This document shows, piece after piece, positions 1 to 12,480 of a stretch of DNA of 64,000 nt. Below the pieces are notes generated by a model that was not told the origin of the DNA, made no database searches, and saw only the letters and a list, made by a program, of their open reading frames with translations. The position numbers and the translations under genes were made by a program. Source of the stretch: Octopus sinensis (lineage: Eukaryota); the NCBI RefSeq assembly GCF_006345805.1, contig NC_043000.1, forward strand, positions 12,152,001 to 12,216,000, in the 5' to 3' direction. The number at the start of each line of letters is the position of its first letter. The stretch's first letter is position 1.

Positions 1-117
1 CTACCAGATCAGACTGGAACCTGGTGCAGCCTCTGGCTTCCCAGACCCCGGTCGAACTGTCCAACCCATGCTAGCATGGAAAGCAGACGTTAAACGATGA
101 TGATGATGATGATGATA
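1..117 (+). mobile_element. RTE LINE 3' tail fragment ending in (GAT)n
   Basis: ...ccaacccatgctagcatggaaagcagacgttaaacgatgatgatg, the same tail that is joined directly to RTE ORF2 at 8672-9870 and 34285-35773. Confidence 0.85.
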
Positions 118-420
118 TCATCATCATCATTTAACGTCTGTGTTCCATGCTAGTGTGGGTGGGACAGTACCACAAGAGCCGGCCAGACCAAAGCCTGCAC
201 CAGACTTCTGTGACTGTTTTGGCCGGACTTTTACAGTTGGATGCCCTTCCTAACACCACCCACTCAGCAGAGTGGACTGAGTGCTTTTTATTTGGCGCAA
301 GCACAGACAAGGTCCGTTTTTGCAAGGTTTTTACAGCTGGATACCCTTCCAAACATCAACCACTTTACAGTGTGGACTGGGTGCTTTTAAGTGGCACCTG
401 CACTGACAGGGTCACCAAGA
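118..420 (-). mobile_element. RTE 3'-tail-related copy, tail-to-tail with the previous one
   Basis: (ATC)n then tttaacgtc...ccatgctag...ggatgcccttcctaac, the reverse complement of the tail. Confidence 0.75.
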
Positions 421-1104
421 CAAAAACTTTTAAGAGGGGAGGAGGTAATGATGAAAAGATTATAGTGAGACAGATACAGGTGTCTTGCTGTAGAGAAAGT
501 ACAAGGTTACCCAGGTGGATAGAGAAAGATCAGTAATGAAGACAGAAACAGGTGTGCTACTGCAAAGAAAATGCATGGTTGCCCAACCTGAGGGAAGTAC
601 AGGAGAAACAGAGAGAGAGACTGCAGGATTCAGATGGTGGCAAAATGCTGGGCATACTCACAAGGATCGGGGATCAGAGTATAAATGAGCTGGTTGAGTA
701 AAGGAAGAGAGAGATATAGGCAGTGGCAAGTGCCAGGGTATACACTTGAGGTTCAAATGCCATAAGTGACAGGATAGGAGACTGGTACATTCTCAAAATC
801 TATTTCCTTTTATTTAACAATGTCATATAGCATATTTTTTTCATTACAGCAACCTACACGTGTTTCTATAGCAAAGAGTATGGGCAGTTGCATGTGCAAG
901 CAGGCATAATTTTCTGAGCAGCTTCATTCAGGTTCTTTCAACCAGCTTGTCTCAAAGTGAACATAGCAGTTCGGCAAAAGAGACCAATAGAATAAGTACT
1001 GGGCTTACAAAGAATAAACCCCAGGGTCGATTTGCTCGACTAAAGGCAGTGCTCCAGCATGGCCACAGTCAAATGACTGAAACAAGTAAAAGAGAGTATA
1101 TATA

Positions 1105-2376
1105 TTGGGTCATCCCATAAATAATGCAGTTTTTCAATTGCATGAACTCAAAGTTGTAGGGGGACAGGATAAACTAAATGCATCAACTTGCTATGAAACC
1201 AGGTAGTAATTTGACCTTGTGCTTATTCTTAGTGCAAGTTTTGAAGAGTTAGCAGTTATTTTTATCAAAGCTATAATGGAAGTAACAAAGGAGCATATTC
1301 AGTATATTTTGCTTTATGAGTTCAATAAAGGCAACAATGCAATGTAAAGTGCAAGGAATATTAATGCAGTATATGGGGGTTGGACAATAAGTGTAAACCA
1401 GTGTTAACAGTGGTTCCAGAAATTCTGAGATGGAAACTACAGCTTAGCGGATAAGCCTCATCCTGGAAGATCTGTAGAACTTGACAAGGATATCCTGAAA
1501 ATCCTGGTGGAACAAAATCCCATCATAACTATTGAGGAACTAGTAGAGGAGCTTGGATTTGGTCATTCAACCACTCATCAACACCTACGTGCCATCAGAA
1601 GAGTCAGCAAATTGGGTCAATGGGTTCCTCACAAACTTTCTGAGTCTAATCGTGTGCAGAGAGTGAATGTGTGCTCTTCTTTGCTGTCACGTCTCACGAA
1701 TGAACCTTTATGGACTGAATAGTGACTGGTGATGAGGAATGGGTTCTCTATAAAAATGTCAAGCACCAAAGACAGTGGGTAGGGAAAGGAGAAACATCAG
1801 CACCGCAGGCTAAAGAAGGTCTTCACCCATGTAAGGTGTTGTTATCTGTTTGGTGGGACATGAAAGGTTTTGTCCGCTTGGAACTTTTAAGCCCAAACCT
1901 AACAATAACAAAGATCTACTGTGAGCAGCTTGAGCAGCATAAGTCAGTGCTAGAAGAAAAATGACCATCTTTGGTTTCAAGACAAAAGGTGTTCTTCCAT
2001 CAGGATAATGCTCAGCCACAAACAGCGAGGATGACATTCCAAAAGCTGAAGCGGTTTGAATGGGAAACAATGCCCCACCCACCATATTCGCCAGACATTG
2101 CCCTATCTCATTATCATTTATTCGGCAGTCTTCAAAATCATTTGGACAGAAAAAATAGAAATTCTGTAGACAAGGTCAGAACAATACTGGAGGAGTATTT
2201 TTCATCACAGACAAGTGGATTTTGGAAGAGGGGCCTTTCAAGTCTACCAGATAGATGGAAGAGCATTGTAGAAAATGAAGGAGAGTATATTTTAGATTAA
2301 AAAGGAACTTTGTTTATCTTAATTTTGAAAAATAAAGGAAGTATGAAAAAACTGCATTATTCATGGGATGACCCTA
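1105..2376 (+). mobile_element. Full-length mariner (DD34D) transposon, decayed
   Basis: 30-bp TIRs ttgggtcatcccataaataatgcagttttt / aaaaactgcattattcatgggatgacccta, TA on both sides, 1272 bp. Confidence 0.95.
1276..2300 (+). pseudogene. Mariner transposase pseudogene
   Basis: MEVTKEHI..., WVPHKL, VTGDEEWVLY, FFHQDNA, PHPPYSPDIALSHYHLF (third D changed to H); several stops. Confidence 0.92.
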
Positions 2377-2404
2377 TATATTTATAGCATGATATCAACT
2401 AGAC

Positions 2405-2688
2405 CAGTGGTTCCCAAAGTGGGTGGTGCCGTCCCCCTGGGGGGTAATGGAAAGATCCAGGGGTGCGTTGATGAAAAATGGGGTGACCAAAATGAAGTAA
2501 TGGATATAAAAAAAATAAAATAAAATAAAGGGTTAATTAGATTAAGTTTCATTTGTAAAATACTATTGTTTTAAATTTACTGCAGAAAATGATTTATGTC
2601 TGTAAAGGTGAGTTGGAGTGGGGGGGACCCTAAGAATGTGGCCTTAGAACCATGGGGGCAACAGCCCAAAAAAATTTGGGAACCCCCG
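2405..2688. mobile_element. hAT-type MITE
   Basis: TIRs cagtggttcccaaa / tttgggaacccccg; 8-bp TSD aactagac at 2397-2404 and 2689-2696. Confidence 0.9.
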
Positions 2689-2893
2689 AACTAGACAATC
2701 AGATGTCATTATACATCACTGGTCACAATGCGCTTTCCATTGTTTTAGCTTTCAAATGATGCCACCCCACTGGCTACTCAGAAAGGTACTCCATTTCAGG
2801 GTTACACATTTACAGCTGAGTGGACTGGAGCAATGTGAAATGAAGTATTTCGCTCAAGAACAACACCACCACCCAGTCTAGGAATAACGCATA

Positions 2894-3296
2894 GGCACAG
2901 GAGTGGCTGTGTGGTAAGTAGCTTGCTTACCAACCACATGGTTCTAGGTTCATTCCCACTGCGTGGCACCTTGAGCAAGTGTCCTCTACAATAGCCTTGG
3001 GCCAACCAAAGCCTTGTGAGTGGATTTGGTAGACGGGAACTGAAAGAAGCCCGTCATATATATGAATATATATATATATGTATGTGTGTGTATATTTTTG
3101 TGTGTCTGTGTTTGTCCCCCCAACATCGCTTGTTAACTGATGCTGGTCTGTTTACATCCTTGTAACTTAGGTTTGGTAAAAGAGACCGATAGAATAAGTA
3201 CTAGGCTTACAAAGAATAAGTCCTGGGGTCGATTTGCTCGACTAAAGGCAGTGCTCCAGCATGGCCACAGTCACATAACTGAAACAAGTAAAAGAG
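2894..3296 (+). mobile_element. tRNA-derived CORE-like SINE, family A, with internal (TA)n(TG)n tract
   Basis: Head gcaggagtggctgtgtggtaag...ggttc, CORE-like caccttg(g)gcaagtgtc, tail gactgaaacaagtaaaagag; more than 15 copies or fragments in the window. Confidence 0.85.
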
Positions 3297-3322
3297 TATA
3301 TATATATATATATATATTATAT

Positions 3323-3545
3323 ATGTTTCCCTCAGAGTGAAAGGCAGGTTGTATGATACCTGTGTATGTACAAACATGGACTATGACCACAGACAGCATG
3401 CAAAGGCTTGAAAGAAATGAAGCTACCATGTGCCACTGGATGTATAGTGTCAGTGTGACATACAACAGAATGTAAGTCATTTGAGAGAAAAATTGGATAT
3501 ATGAGGCATCAGATGTATGCAAGAGAGAAGGCTGTGCTGATATGT
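3323..3545 (+). mobile_element. RTE ORF2 C-terminal fragment, decayed
   Basis: Translates similarly to 9353-9814 (LERNEA.M..W...REKLDI.GIRCMQERRL), starts right after a (TA)n tract. Confidence 0.7.
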
Positions 3546-3850
3546 TCAAATGCCGCCAAGGTTGACTTTGCCTTTCATCTTTCCAGAGTCAATAAAATAA
3601 GTACCAGTTGAACACTTGGGTTAATCTAATCGACTTACCCCCCCCCCTGATATTGCTGGCTTTGTACTGGCTCTGTGGCAACAGAGGAAAGGTGGAGAGG
3701 AAGGGAGATTGATAAAAAAAATAATGAGATGGTGTGCAAGTTGGAGAAAGGGGAGCAAAATGAGAAAGACATATACAGTGACAAAGATGGAAGTCAGAGG
3801 TATGTAAGGTAGCTATACATACATACATACATACAGACAGACAGACAGAA

Positions 3851-3946
<96 letters not shown>

Positions 3947-4908
3947 GCAGATATATATATATATATCAACTGCACATGAATATATACTACATATATTGTG
4001 CAAGCTTGGCAGTGTGGTAAAAAGCTTGTTTCCCAACCACATGGTTCTGGGTTCAGTCCCATTGTATGGTAGCTTGGGCAAGCATCTTCTACTATAGGCT
4101 CAAGCCAACCAAAACCTTGTGAGTGGATTTGGTAGACGGAAACTGAAAGAAGCCAGTCACTCGACAACTGTTGTTAGTAAGTCAACATCCTTGTAACTTA
4201 GTGGTTCAGCAATAGAGACTGATAGAATAAGTACCAGGCTTAAAAATAAATACTGGGGTCAATTTGTTTAACTGAAATTCTTCAAAGCAGTGCTCCAGCA
4301 TGGCTCTGCTCTAATAACTGAAACAAGTGGAAAATAAAAGATAAAAGATACACACATACACACACATACATGCATGCATTCACGCACACACTCACACATA
4401 TACTCACTAACACACACACACACTCATTTATATGCATATATATTTATATATTCATAAAGTCATCATCATCATCGTTTTAACATCTCTTTTCCATGCTTGC
4501 ATGGGTCAGAAGGAACTTATTAAGGAACATTTTCTGTAATTACATTTCCTTCTTGCTGCTAACCTTTACTTGTTTTCAAGCAAGGTAGAGCAGACATGTT
4601 TTCACAAAAGACTAGAGACAAAGGACACGCTTGTATGTTGGTGACACTCATTTACGCCTATCACATGATATCAAGACAATAAGATACAAACACACATAGC
4701 CACAATTATATAGCTGTATGTTCTTCTTCTAGCAACTGTAATCAAGATGTACTTCACCAGATCATACCAGGAATCATTGTTCTTAAAACTTCCCATTGTG
4801 CATTTCTGCCCTTATTGTGAATGTAGTTAATTGATTTAGTGGCTCAACAAAATGAAAGGGATAGAACAAGTGGCAGGCTTAAGAATGAGTAATGGGATCA
4901 ATCTAATT

Positions 4909-6717
4909 CAGGGGTGGGGAAAACTTTTTAGTGGCAGGCAAAAATTTCCAAAGGAAAAGGTCTGCAGGTGGATCACAAGTGTTAACAATTATGTCTGTGT
5001 AAGTCTAGTATATATCTATGTATAATTTGATATATTGGGTTGGCAACTAAGTTCCCACCATTTTTTAAAATTTAAATTTTTTTTAAAGGGTTAATAGAAA
5101 ATAACAACTAATTAACCAATAATGTATTCACCCTTGTTGTTTACAACTGCTTCACAACGTTCAACAAGAGTTTCAATACCTCGTTGGTAGAAATCACCCA
5201 ATTTCCGCTCAAAAAATTGATCCAACCAAGCTCTCAATTCTGCATCAGTATTGAATGAAACTCCGTGCATAGCATTTGAAAGAGATCGAAAGAGGTGGAA
5301 ATCCATTGGTGCCAAATCAGGAGAGTACGGCGGGTGTGGCAGCACTTCCAAACCATGCGTTTGAATGGCTTCCTTGGTCATACTGGTGATATGAGGGCGG
5401 GTGTTGTCGTGCAGCAGAAGAACTCCATGCTGACGATTAGATCTTTTGTCTTGAATAGCCCTGTTGAGTTGTTCCATCTGCTGAACATACAGTTCTGCAT
5501 TGACTCTTTGGTTCCGTTCAAGCAATTCATCATGGATAATCCCTTCCCAGTCCCTCTATATGCACAACATTGTTTTACGCGGATGAAGTTCTTGTTTTAC
5601 GTGCAGTGTCGCTTGTTTACCAGGGCTAAGCCATTCCTTACACTGCTTCATATTGATATACAGGCACCATTTTTCATCGCCGGTAATGATTTGGTAAAGA
5701 AATCGCTGCTTGTGTCCATGAGTTGAGTGGTGACGATCAAGAAACCAGTGGAGATTGTGGCTCGTTGATTTTTGTTGTTGTCACTTAAAGCATGCGGAAC
5801 CCATGCTCCATACTTCTGAATTTTTCTCATCGAGTGAAGATGCTTCTCTATAGCAGTGTGGGAGCATTCCACTTTCTATGCCAGTTCCCTTGTTGTTTGA
5901 CAAGAATTTTCATGCAAAAGATGGTTTAATCGCTCTTCATCGAACTCAACTAGATGGCCAGAACGAGGTGTGTTTTTGAGGTCAAAATTTCCATCTTTGA
6001 ACTTAGCATACCAATCACGAGCGGTTCTTTCAGCTATGGCATCCTCTCCATACACAGCACAAATGTTGTGAGCAGCTTTTGCTGCCTTAGAACCTTGATT
6101 AAAAGCAAAAAGAAGGAGGTGTCGAAAATGCTTGTTTTTCTTAACTTTAGTGATCTGAAAATAAACAAAAATTAACTAAAATTAACTAGAAAAGATCAAA
6201 AATAGATTCCAAAATTATTCAAAAATAGAATTCTCGAAAAAAATAGATTCCAAATTTAAAAATGCAATAAATTCCAAAATTAAAAGAAACAGCAGGAACA
6301 TAGTTGCCAACCCAATACATTAATAAATGTAAATTTAACACATTAAATTAACACATAAAATCATTGACGCTGCCACTGAATTTAGGACATTTATAATGCT
6401 TATGATTGATACAATATTTTTCAGCTAGAGTGTAGTTGGATCTCAAGGGGGTGGTACAAATGTAGCAATATGTGTTTTATAGTAACAAAATTTCCAACCA
6501 AATGACAATTGCCAGACAATTTCTGTTCAAGTCTAACCATTTTAAGTTATAGTGGAAACACGACCTATGTCACAATTAGGCATGTAAGCCTTGTATAAAT
6601 TTTATAATTGAAAAATGAATTATATAGTGTACATACGAGTATACCAGCCTGTGGGGGTGCAATAAAATGGGCTTGCAGGTGCAATTGTGCCTGTGGGTAG
6701 GGGTTTCCTCACCCCTA
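4909..6717. mobile_element. hAT non-autonomous element, hosting a mariner and itself inserted in a SINE tail
   Basis: caggggtgggg...cctcaccccta ends; 8-bp TSD atctaatt at 4901-4908 and 6718-6725; family A SINE tail continues on both sides. Confidence 0.8.
5035..6315 (-). mobile_element. Full-length mariner (DD34D) transposon with pseudogenised transposase
   Basis: TIRs ttgggttggcaacta / tagttgccaacccaa, TA on both sides; HFRHLLLFAF, WVPHAL, ITGDEKW, LLHDNTRPH, PHPPYSPDLAPMDFHLF. Confidence 0.95.
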
Positions 6718-7121
6718 ATCTAATTGGACAAACCCTTCAAGGCAATGCTCAAGCATGGCCAAAATCCAGTGAAGTAACTGAAAGAAGAAAAAGAACGATA
6801 GAAAGAAATATATATTTATATATAAATTTATGCATGTAAATATATGTGTGTGTGTGCATATATTTATGTATATGGTTAAGTGATGTAATTATGTTGCAGT
6901 TGTGGCTGATACTGGTGTCACGCAAGTGGCAGCCATGTCGGTGGCATATAAAAGCACCCATTACACTCTCGGAGTGGTTGGCATTACAAAAGGTATCCAG
7001 TCGTAGTAAACCATGCCAAATCAGACTGGAGCTTGGCATAGCCTTCCAGTGTGCCAGCCCAGACAAACCATCCAGCCCATGCCTGCATGGATAACAGACA
7101 TTAAAGGCTGATGTTGATGAC

Positions 7122-7154
<33 letters not shown>

Positions 7155-7819
7155 TACATACATATATACATACATATATATAAATACACACACACACACA
7201 TACATACATACATATATATATGAAAAAGGCATAAATAATAGCCTTTACATATTTACGTATTTGTGCATCACAGACTTACGGCTGTTTCCGATATACATTA
7301 ATAGGTGCATTCATGGTTCCATATACTCAATCAGTCAATTGACCAATTGCAAAAATTGAATGACCTTAATAAATATATCGTCTTCAGAGTCTATGCGCTG
7401 AGTGGAACCATGGATTTACGAAGTTGACCAGTGATGAACTGCAAATTTGGAGCTTCTCTTTGGATTACCTGCAACACTATACTACTCCAAAAAAGCTTTG
7501 GTTAACCTGGTGTATTTGTATTAACAGAGAGCTTGAGAAGTATTTTGCTTGGATTGATAATCTCTTATTGATAAATATGTATATATATATTATGAGATCA
7601 TAAATCAAACGTTGTTTGATTCATCATGTTCAATGTATTATCTTAGCTGTTTGACAACTTACCTGTTTAAAATTTTACCTGAAAGTGGTGGATGATATGT
7701 TATGTTGTAATCCATGAATACATCAGCAAAATTCTATTGAAACAGCTGTGCTAAATTTTAAACCCCATTTGGGTTCTCATTTATGCATATATATATATAT
7801 ATATATATATTGGTGACCC

Positions 7820-8115
7820 CCTTTGGTTATGAATGACCATGGGATTGCACCTAGAAAGTTACCCTCCAAGGCAAAAGTCTGGGCAAGGTTGTTTATGGAA
7901 GTCCAACAGTCGCCCATGCATACCGGCCTCCCTTCTCCATGCCACTGATGTTATCCAGGGGAAAGGCAAAGGGACCAATGCAGCTTGGCACTAGTGATGT
8001 CCCAACTCATTTCTACAGCTGAGTGAACTGGAGCAATGTGAAATAAAGTGCCTTGCTCAAGAACACAACACGCAATCCGGTCCAGGATTTGAACTCACAA
8101 CCTCATGGTCGTAAG
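7820..8115 (-). mobile_element. CORE-like tRNA SINE, family D
   Basis: Reverse complement of 26735-27065 (ttcttgagcaaggcac...ccagttcactcagctgtagaaatgag). Confidence 0.75.
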
Positions 8116-8232
8116 TTCAACACACACACATAATAAGCATTTATACATACATTCATACATTCACTTCTTGAGCAAGACACCTGCTCCTCTCCCTCAATCC
8201 TTATCCTTCCATATATATGTGTGTGTGTATGT

Positions 8233-8660
8233 ATGTGTCTGGCAACAGGACTCTGCACCATGCCACGCAAGCAGGAGAACCTAGTCATGGCTGTCAGACA
8301 ATTTCTGCAATCACATCACCGCTAACATCTGGTCACCTAATTCCCCACAATGCAACCCACTTGATTATTATGTGTGAAGTGCAGTTTGAGTGAGAGACCA
8401 ACAAAACTCCTTGAACTGAAGGTAAGGATTATAGCAGCATTCACCAACTTAAACAAGGAGACCATCCAGAAGAGTTACAAGCAATTCCAAAGTCGTCTGG
8501 AGGCCATAGTTGAAGCCAATGACAATTTTATTGAATAAATTTACTATTTAGTATTTCAAGATACTTTTATGTAATTTTGGTAAATATCTGTTAAAATGCA
8601 ATGTCAGTGTTATTTTCATTTTTGAGTAATTTAGAATACAATTTATTCACTGCACCCTGT
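8233..8660 (+). mobile_element. DD37D (maT-type) Tc1/mariner 3' fragment
   Basis: WQQDSAPCH...WSPNSPQCNPLDY with exactly 37 residues between the two Asp; ends in TIR-like ...tgcaccctgta. Confidence 0.85.
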
Positions 8661-8671
8661 ATATATATATA

Positions 8672-9870
8672 TCATCATCATCATCATCGTTTAACGTCCG
8701 CTTTCCATGCTAGCATGGGTTGGACGGTTCAACTGGGGTCTGGCAAGCCCGAAGGCTGCACCAGGCCAGTCAGATCTGGCAGTGTTTCTACAGCTGGATG
8801 CCCTTCCTAATGCCAACCACTCCGAGAGTGTAGTGGGTGATTTTATGTGCCACCGACACAGGTGCCAGACGAGGCTGGCGAACGGCCATGCTCGGATGGT
8901 GTTCTTTATGTGCCACCGACACAGGTGCCAGACGAGGCTGGTGAACGGCCACGCTCGGATGGTGTTTTTATGTGCCACCGACACAGGTGCCAGACAAGGC
9001 TAGCAGACGACCACGCTCAGGATGGTGTTTTTATGTGCCACCGACACAGGTGCCAGACGAGGCTGGCGAACGGCCACGATCGGATGGTGTTTGTTACGTG
9101 CCCACAGCACAGAGGCCAGTTGATGCGGTACTGGCTACGGTCCCGTTCGGATGGTTTTCTTATGTGCCACCGGCACTGGTACCACAAGGATACAAATTCC
9201 ATTGATGTTCATCTATTTTGATTTGGTTTGATTTGATTTGATTTGATTTGATTTTCACTTGCCTCAACAGGTCTTCACAAGTGTCACAAGCAGGAAGGTA
9301 TGCACAGGTGGACTGACTACGCCCCAGGTAGGGGCCACGGGTTATGGCTTCACTAGTCTTGCCGGGTCTTCTCACGCACAGCATACTTCCATAGGTCTCG
9401 GTCTCTAGTCATTTCCATGGTGAGACCTAACATTCGAAGGTCGTGCTTCACCACCTCGTCCCAGGTTTTCCTGGGTCTGCCTCTTCCACGGGTTCTTTCA
9501 ACTGCTAGGGATTGGCACTTTCTCACACACCTATCTTCATCCATTCTCGCCACATGACCATACCAGCGCAATCGTCTCTCTTGCACACCACAACTGATGT
9601 TTCTTAGGTACAACATTTCTCTCAAGGAACTAACGCTCTGTCGAGTAAGTACACTGACATTACACATCCATTGGAGCATACTGGCTTCATTCCTCATGAG
9701 CTTACGCATGTCCTCAGCAGTCACGGCCCATGTTTCACTGCCATGTAGCATGGCAGTTCGTACACATGCATCATACAGTCTGCCTTTTACTCTGAGCGAG
9801 AGGCCTTTAGTCACCAGCAGAGGTAAGAGCTCCCTAACTTTGCCCAGGCTATTCTTATTCTAGCAGTTAC
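8672..9870 (-). mobile_element. 5'-truncated RTE LINE: ORF2 C-terminus, 3' UTR with tandem array, (GAT)n tail
   Basis: ORF 9353-9814 (LYDACVRTAMLHGSETW...RRLRWYGHV...RGRGRPRKTW) is continuous with the UTR; (TA)n at both ends. Confidence 0.95.
8840..9176. repeat. ~62-66 bp tandem array in RTE 3' UTR (six cores, five full units)
   Basis: Core tatgtgccaccgacac at ~8844, 8907, 8969, 9032, 9095 and 9161; each unit has a gccag...ctggc hairpin. Confidence 0.9.
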
Positions 9871-9873
9871 ACT

Positions 9874-9923
<50 letters not shown>

Positions 9924-9929
9924 CATACA

Positions 9930-10012
<83 letters not shown>

Positions 10013-10396
10013 AGATAGGGGTTGTAAATTCAACCCTCCATGGGATAACATATATCCAAAACAGAGGAATTTAACTGATTGCATATATATGCAGATATCC
10101 ACTTGCCTTGGATGGTACTATGGTGGTGGTATTAACTTTATTGGCTTTTTGTGAAGTGACACATTTTAATATATTGAACTGTTTAATATATATGCCTGCA
10201 TTGAGTGTGAGTGTGTCTGTTGTGGTTTCTTGATGTTGCTTGAGGAGCTGTGGAGTTCAATATGGAACATTATTGTGTTTGTTGATGTATATTGATCTAT
10301 ATTGTTTATATTGTATTATTGTGTATATATATATATGTAAGAATATGAGTATGTATGCACTCATATTTATATTTATATGTAAATTATTTGCATTAG

Positions 10397-10510
10397 AATC
10401 TCTGAAGAGGCCGTAAGATATTCTTGTTAATGTCTCATTTATACCTGCATTATATGGCTAATAGGTTAAATGAGACATACCTGTCTTCATGGCCGAAACA
10501 GCTGTCAGTT
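10397..10510 (+). ncRNA. Type I hammerhead ribozyme motif with long structured loop II
   Basis: CTGAAGA 10402-10408, stem II ggcc/ggcc, GAAA 10495-10498, palindromic cagctg, GUC site; stem I weak. Confidence 0.65.
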
Positions 10511-11125
10511 ACAATGTAAATGTATTTTTATGTCTTGTTATATTTATTTAGTTATATTTCACCATATTGATTGTATTATTGTACTGTATTAATGTATAAT
10601 ATCATTGCTATTGTGTAGTGTTTTAATAAATTATATGATTCGGTATTATCTGATAGTTGATGATTGATTTAGATATATTTCTCCATTTTCTCATTTTGTA
10701 TATATATAAAATAGAAATATTAAATTTCTAAATATATCAGAGATATATAAGCAGTGGTGGTACAATAGAGCAGTTGTATATGCCAATCCCATAAAGGGAA
10801 TCACACCACTGCTATTTAGCCCTAGGAAGCATCAACGCTTCCTGTCGGCCTTGACACATTTCCTGTGTCCTTATGGTTACAAGGGGGAGACAAGCACCCC
10901 CATCCAGCTAAGCCTGCACCAGAGACTAGTTTCTGAGTCTTACTCATCATCAGTCTGGAGTAGTATGCAGAGGGGAGGCTGATATGCAGGGGCAACTTCT
11001 GGTCTTCCATAAACAACTTTGCCCGGACTTGTGCTTTGGAGGGGAACCTTCTAGGTGCAATCCTGCGCTCTTTCTTGACCAAAGGGAGTTTTTACCTTTG
11101 CTCTTAATCATTTATACATATATGC

Positions 11126-11170
<45 letters not shown>

Positions 11171-11179
11171 AGCATTATT

Positions 11180-11595
11180 AATATTTTAAATCTACTTTCC
11201 CAGAGCAACAAGCTGGCCTCTGGGCTGATGACACGTAAAAAGCACCATTCGAGCGTGATTGTTATCTGCGTCGCCTTACTGGCACTTGTGCCGGTGGCAC
11301 ATGAAAAAACATTCGAGTGAGGTTGTTGCCAGTGATGCTGGACTGGCTCCTGTGCAGGAGGCACATAAAAAGTACCATTTGAGTGTGGCCGTTGCCAGTA
11401 CCGCCTGACTGGCCCTCGTGCTGGTGGCACATAAAAGCACCCACTTCACTGTCGTTAGGAAGGGCATCCAGTTGTAGAAACTCTGCCAGATCAGATTGGA
11501 GCCTGGTGCAGCCATCTGGTTCGCCAGACCTCAGTCGAATCGTCCAACCCATGCGAGCATGGAAAGCGAACATTAAATGATGATAATGATGATGA
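11180..11595 (+). mobile_element. RTE 3' UTR fragment with about four array units
   Basis: ggtggcacataaaa repeats, then gttaggaagggcatccag...ggaaagcgaacattaaatgatga. Confidence 0.85.
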
Positions 11596-11859
11596 TGATT
11601 TCCATGCTGTCATAGACTGGACAATTTGACAGATTCAATAAAATGGCAGATGTCATGTTCCAATGTTTCAGTTTTGGCATGGTTTCTACAGCTGGATGTC
11701 CTTTCTAGCACTAAACACTTTACAGTGTGTACTGGGTGCAATTTCATGGCACCAGCACTAAAGAGTTTTCTTGCCCTCAGCAAGACTAAAGAATCTTTGC
11801 GAGCCTGCATTATTTCTGCTTGGTCCAATACTCACTTTACGGTGTTAGTTATTCTTTTA

Positions 11860-12230
11860 CTTGTTTCAGTCATTTGACTGTGGACATGCTGGAGCACCAC
11901 CTTAAATGTTTTTTTTAGTCAAAGAAATCAACCCAAGGATGTATTCTTTGTAAGTACTGATTCAATCAGTCATTTTTGATAAACTGCTAAGTTATAGGAT
12001 GTAAACACACCAACACCAGTTGTCAAGTGGCAATGGGGGGACATAGACACATACACATAAATATATACATATATGATGGGTTTCTTTCAGTTTCCATCAA
12101 CCAAATCCACTCACAAGGCCTTGGTTGGCTTGAGGCTATGGTAGAAAACACTTGCTCAAGTTGTCACATGGTGGGACTGAACTCTGAACCATGTAGTTGG
12201 GAAGTAACTTTCTTACCACACAGTCAGGGC
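11860..12230 (-). mobile_element. SINE family A
   Basis: Reverse complement of the family A pattern. Confidence 0.8.
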
Positions 12231-12244
12231 ATTTTCTCTTTTTT

Positions 12245-12480
12245 TGTGGTAGCACCATGAGTGAGGCTGTACCAAAAGGTCCAGTCCTTAATGCAGTATG
12301 GTGGTTTGTGTGCCTCAGTGACCCTGAGATCAAAGCCAGTGGAGCGCAAGCTCCTTGTAGGGCCTTCCATGCTGGATAGGTCAAAAGACAGAGGTTAAAT
12401 TAATAAGGACCTTCTCTTTCCGGAGGTAAAAATGGGTATGTATAGGGCCAACAACCCTACCAAGAAAAACCAGTTACAGA
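12245..12480 (+). mobile_element. RTE-BovB-like 5' region fragment
   Basis: tagggccttccatgctggataggtcaaa...tagggccaacaaccctacc resembles RTE 5' UTRs as I recall them. Confidence 0.5.

Noticed and set aside
8840-9176. CRISPR-like repeat-spacer appearance of this array and the one at 47250-47700
   Set aside because: The intervening parts are homologous to each other, the arrays lie inside a LINE 3' UTR, the context is eukaryotic and there are no cas genes.
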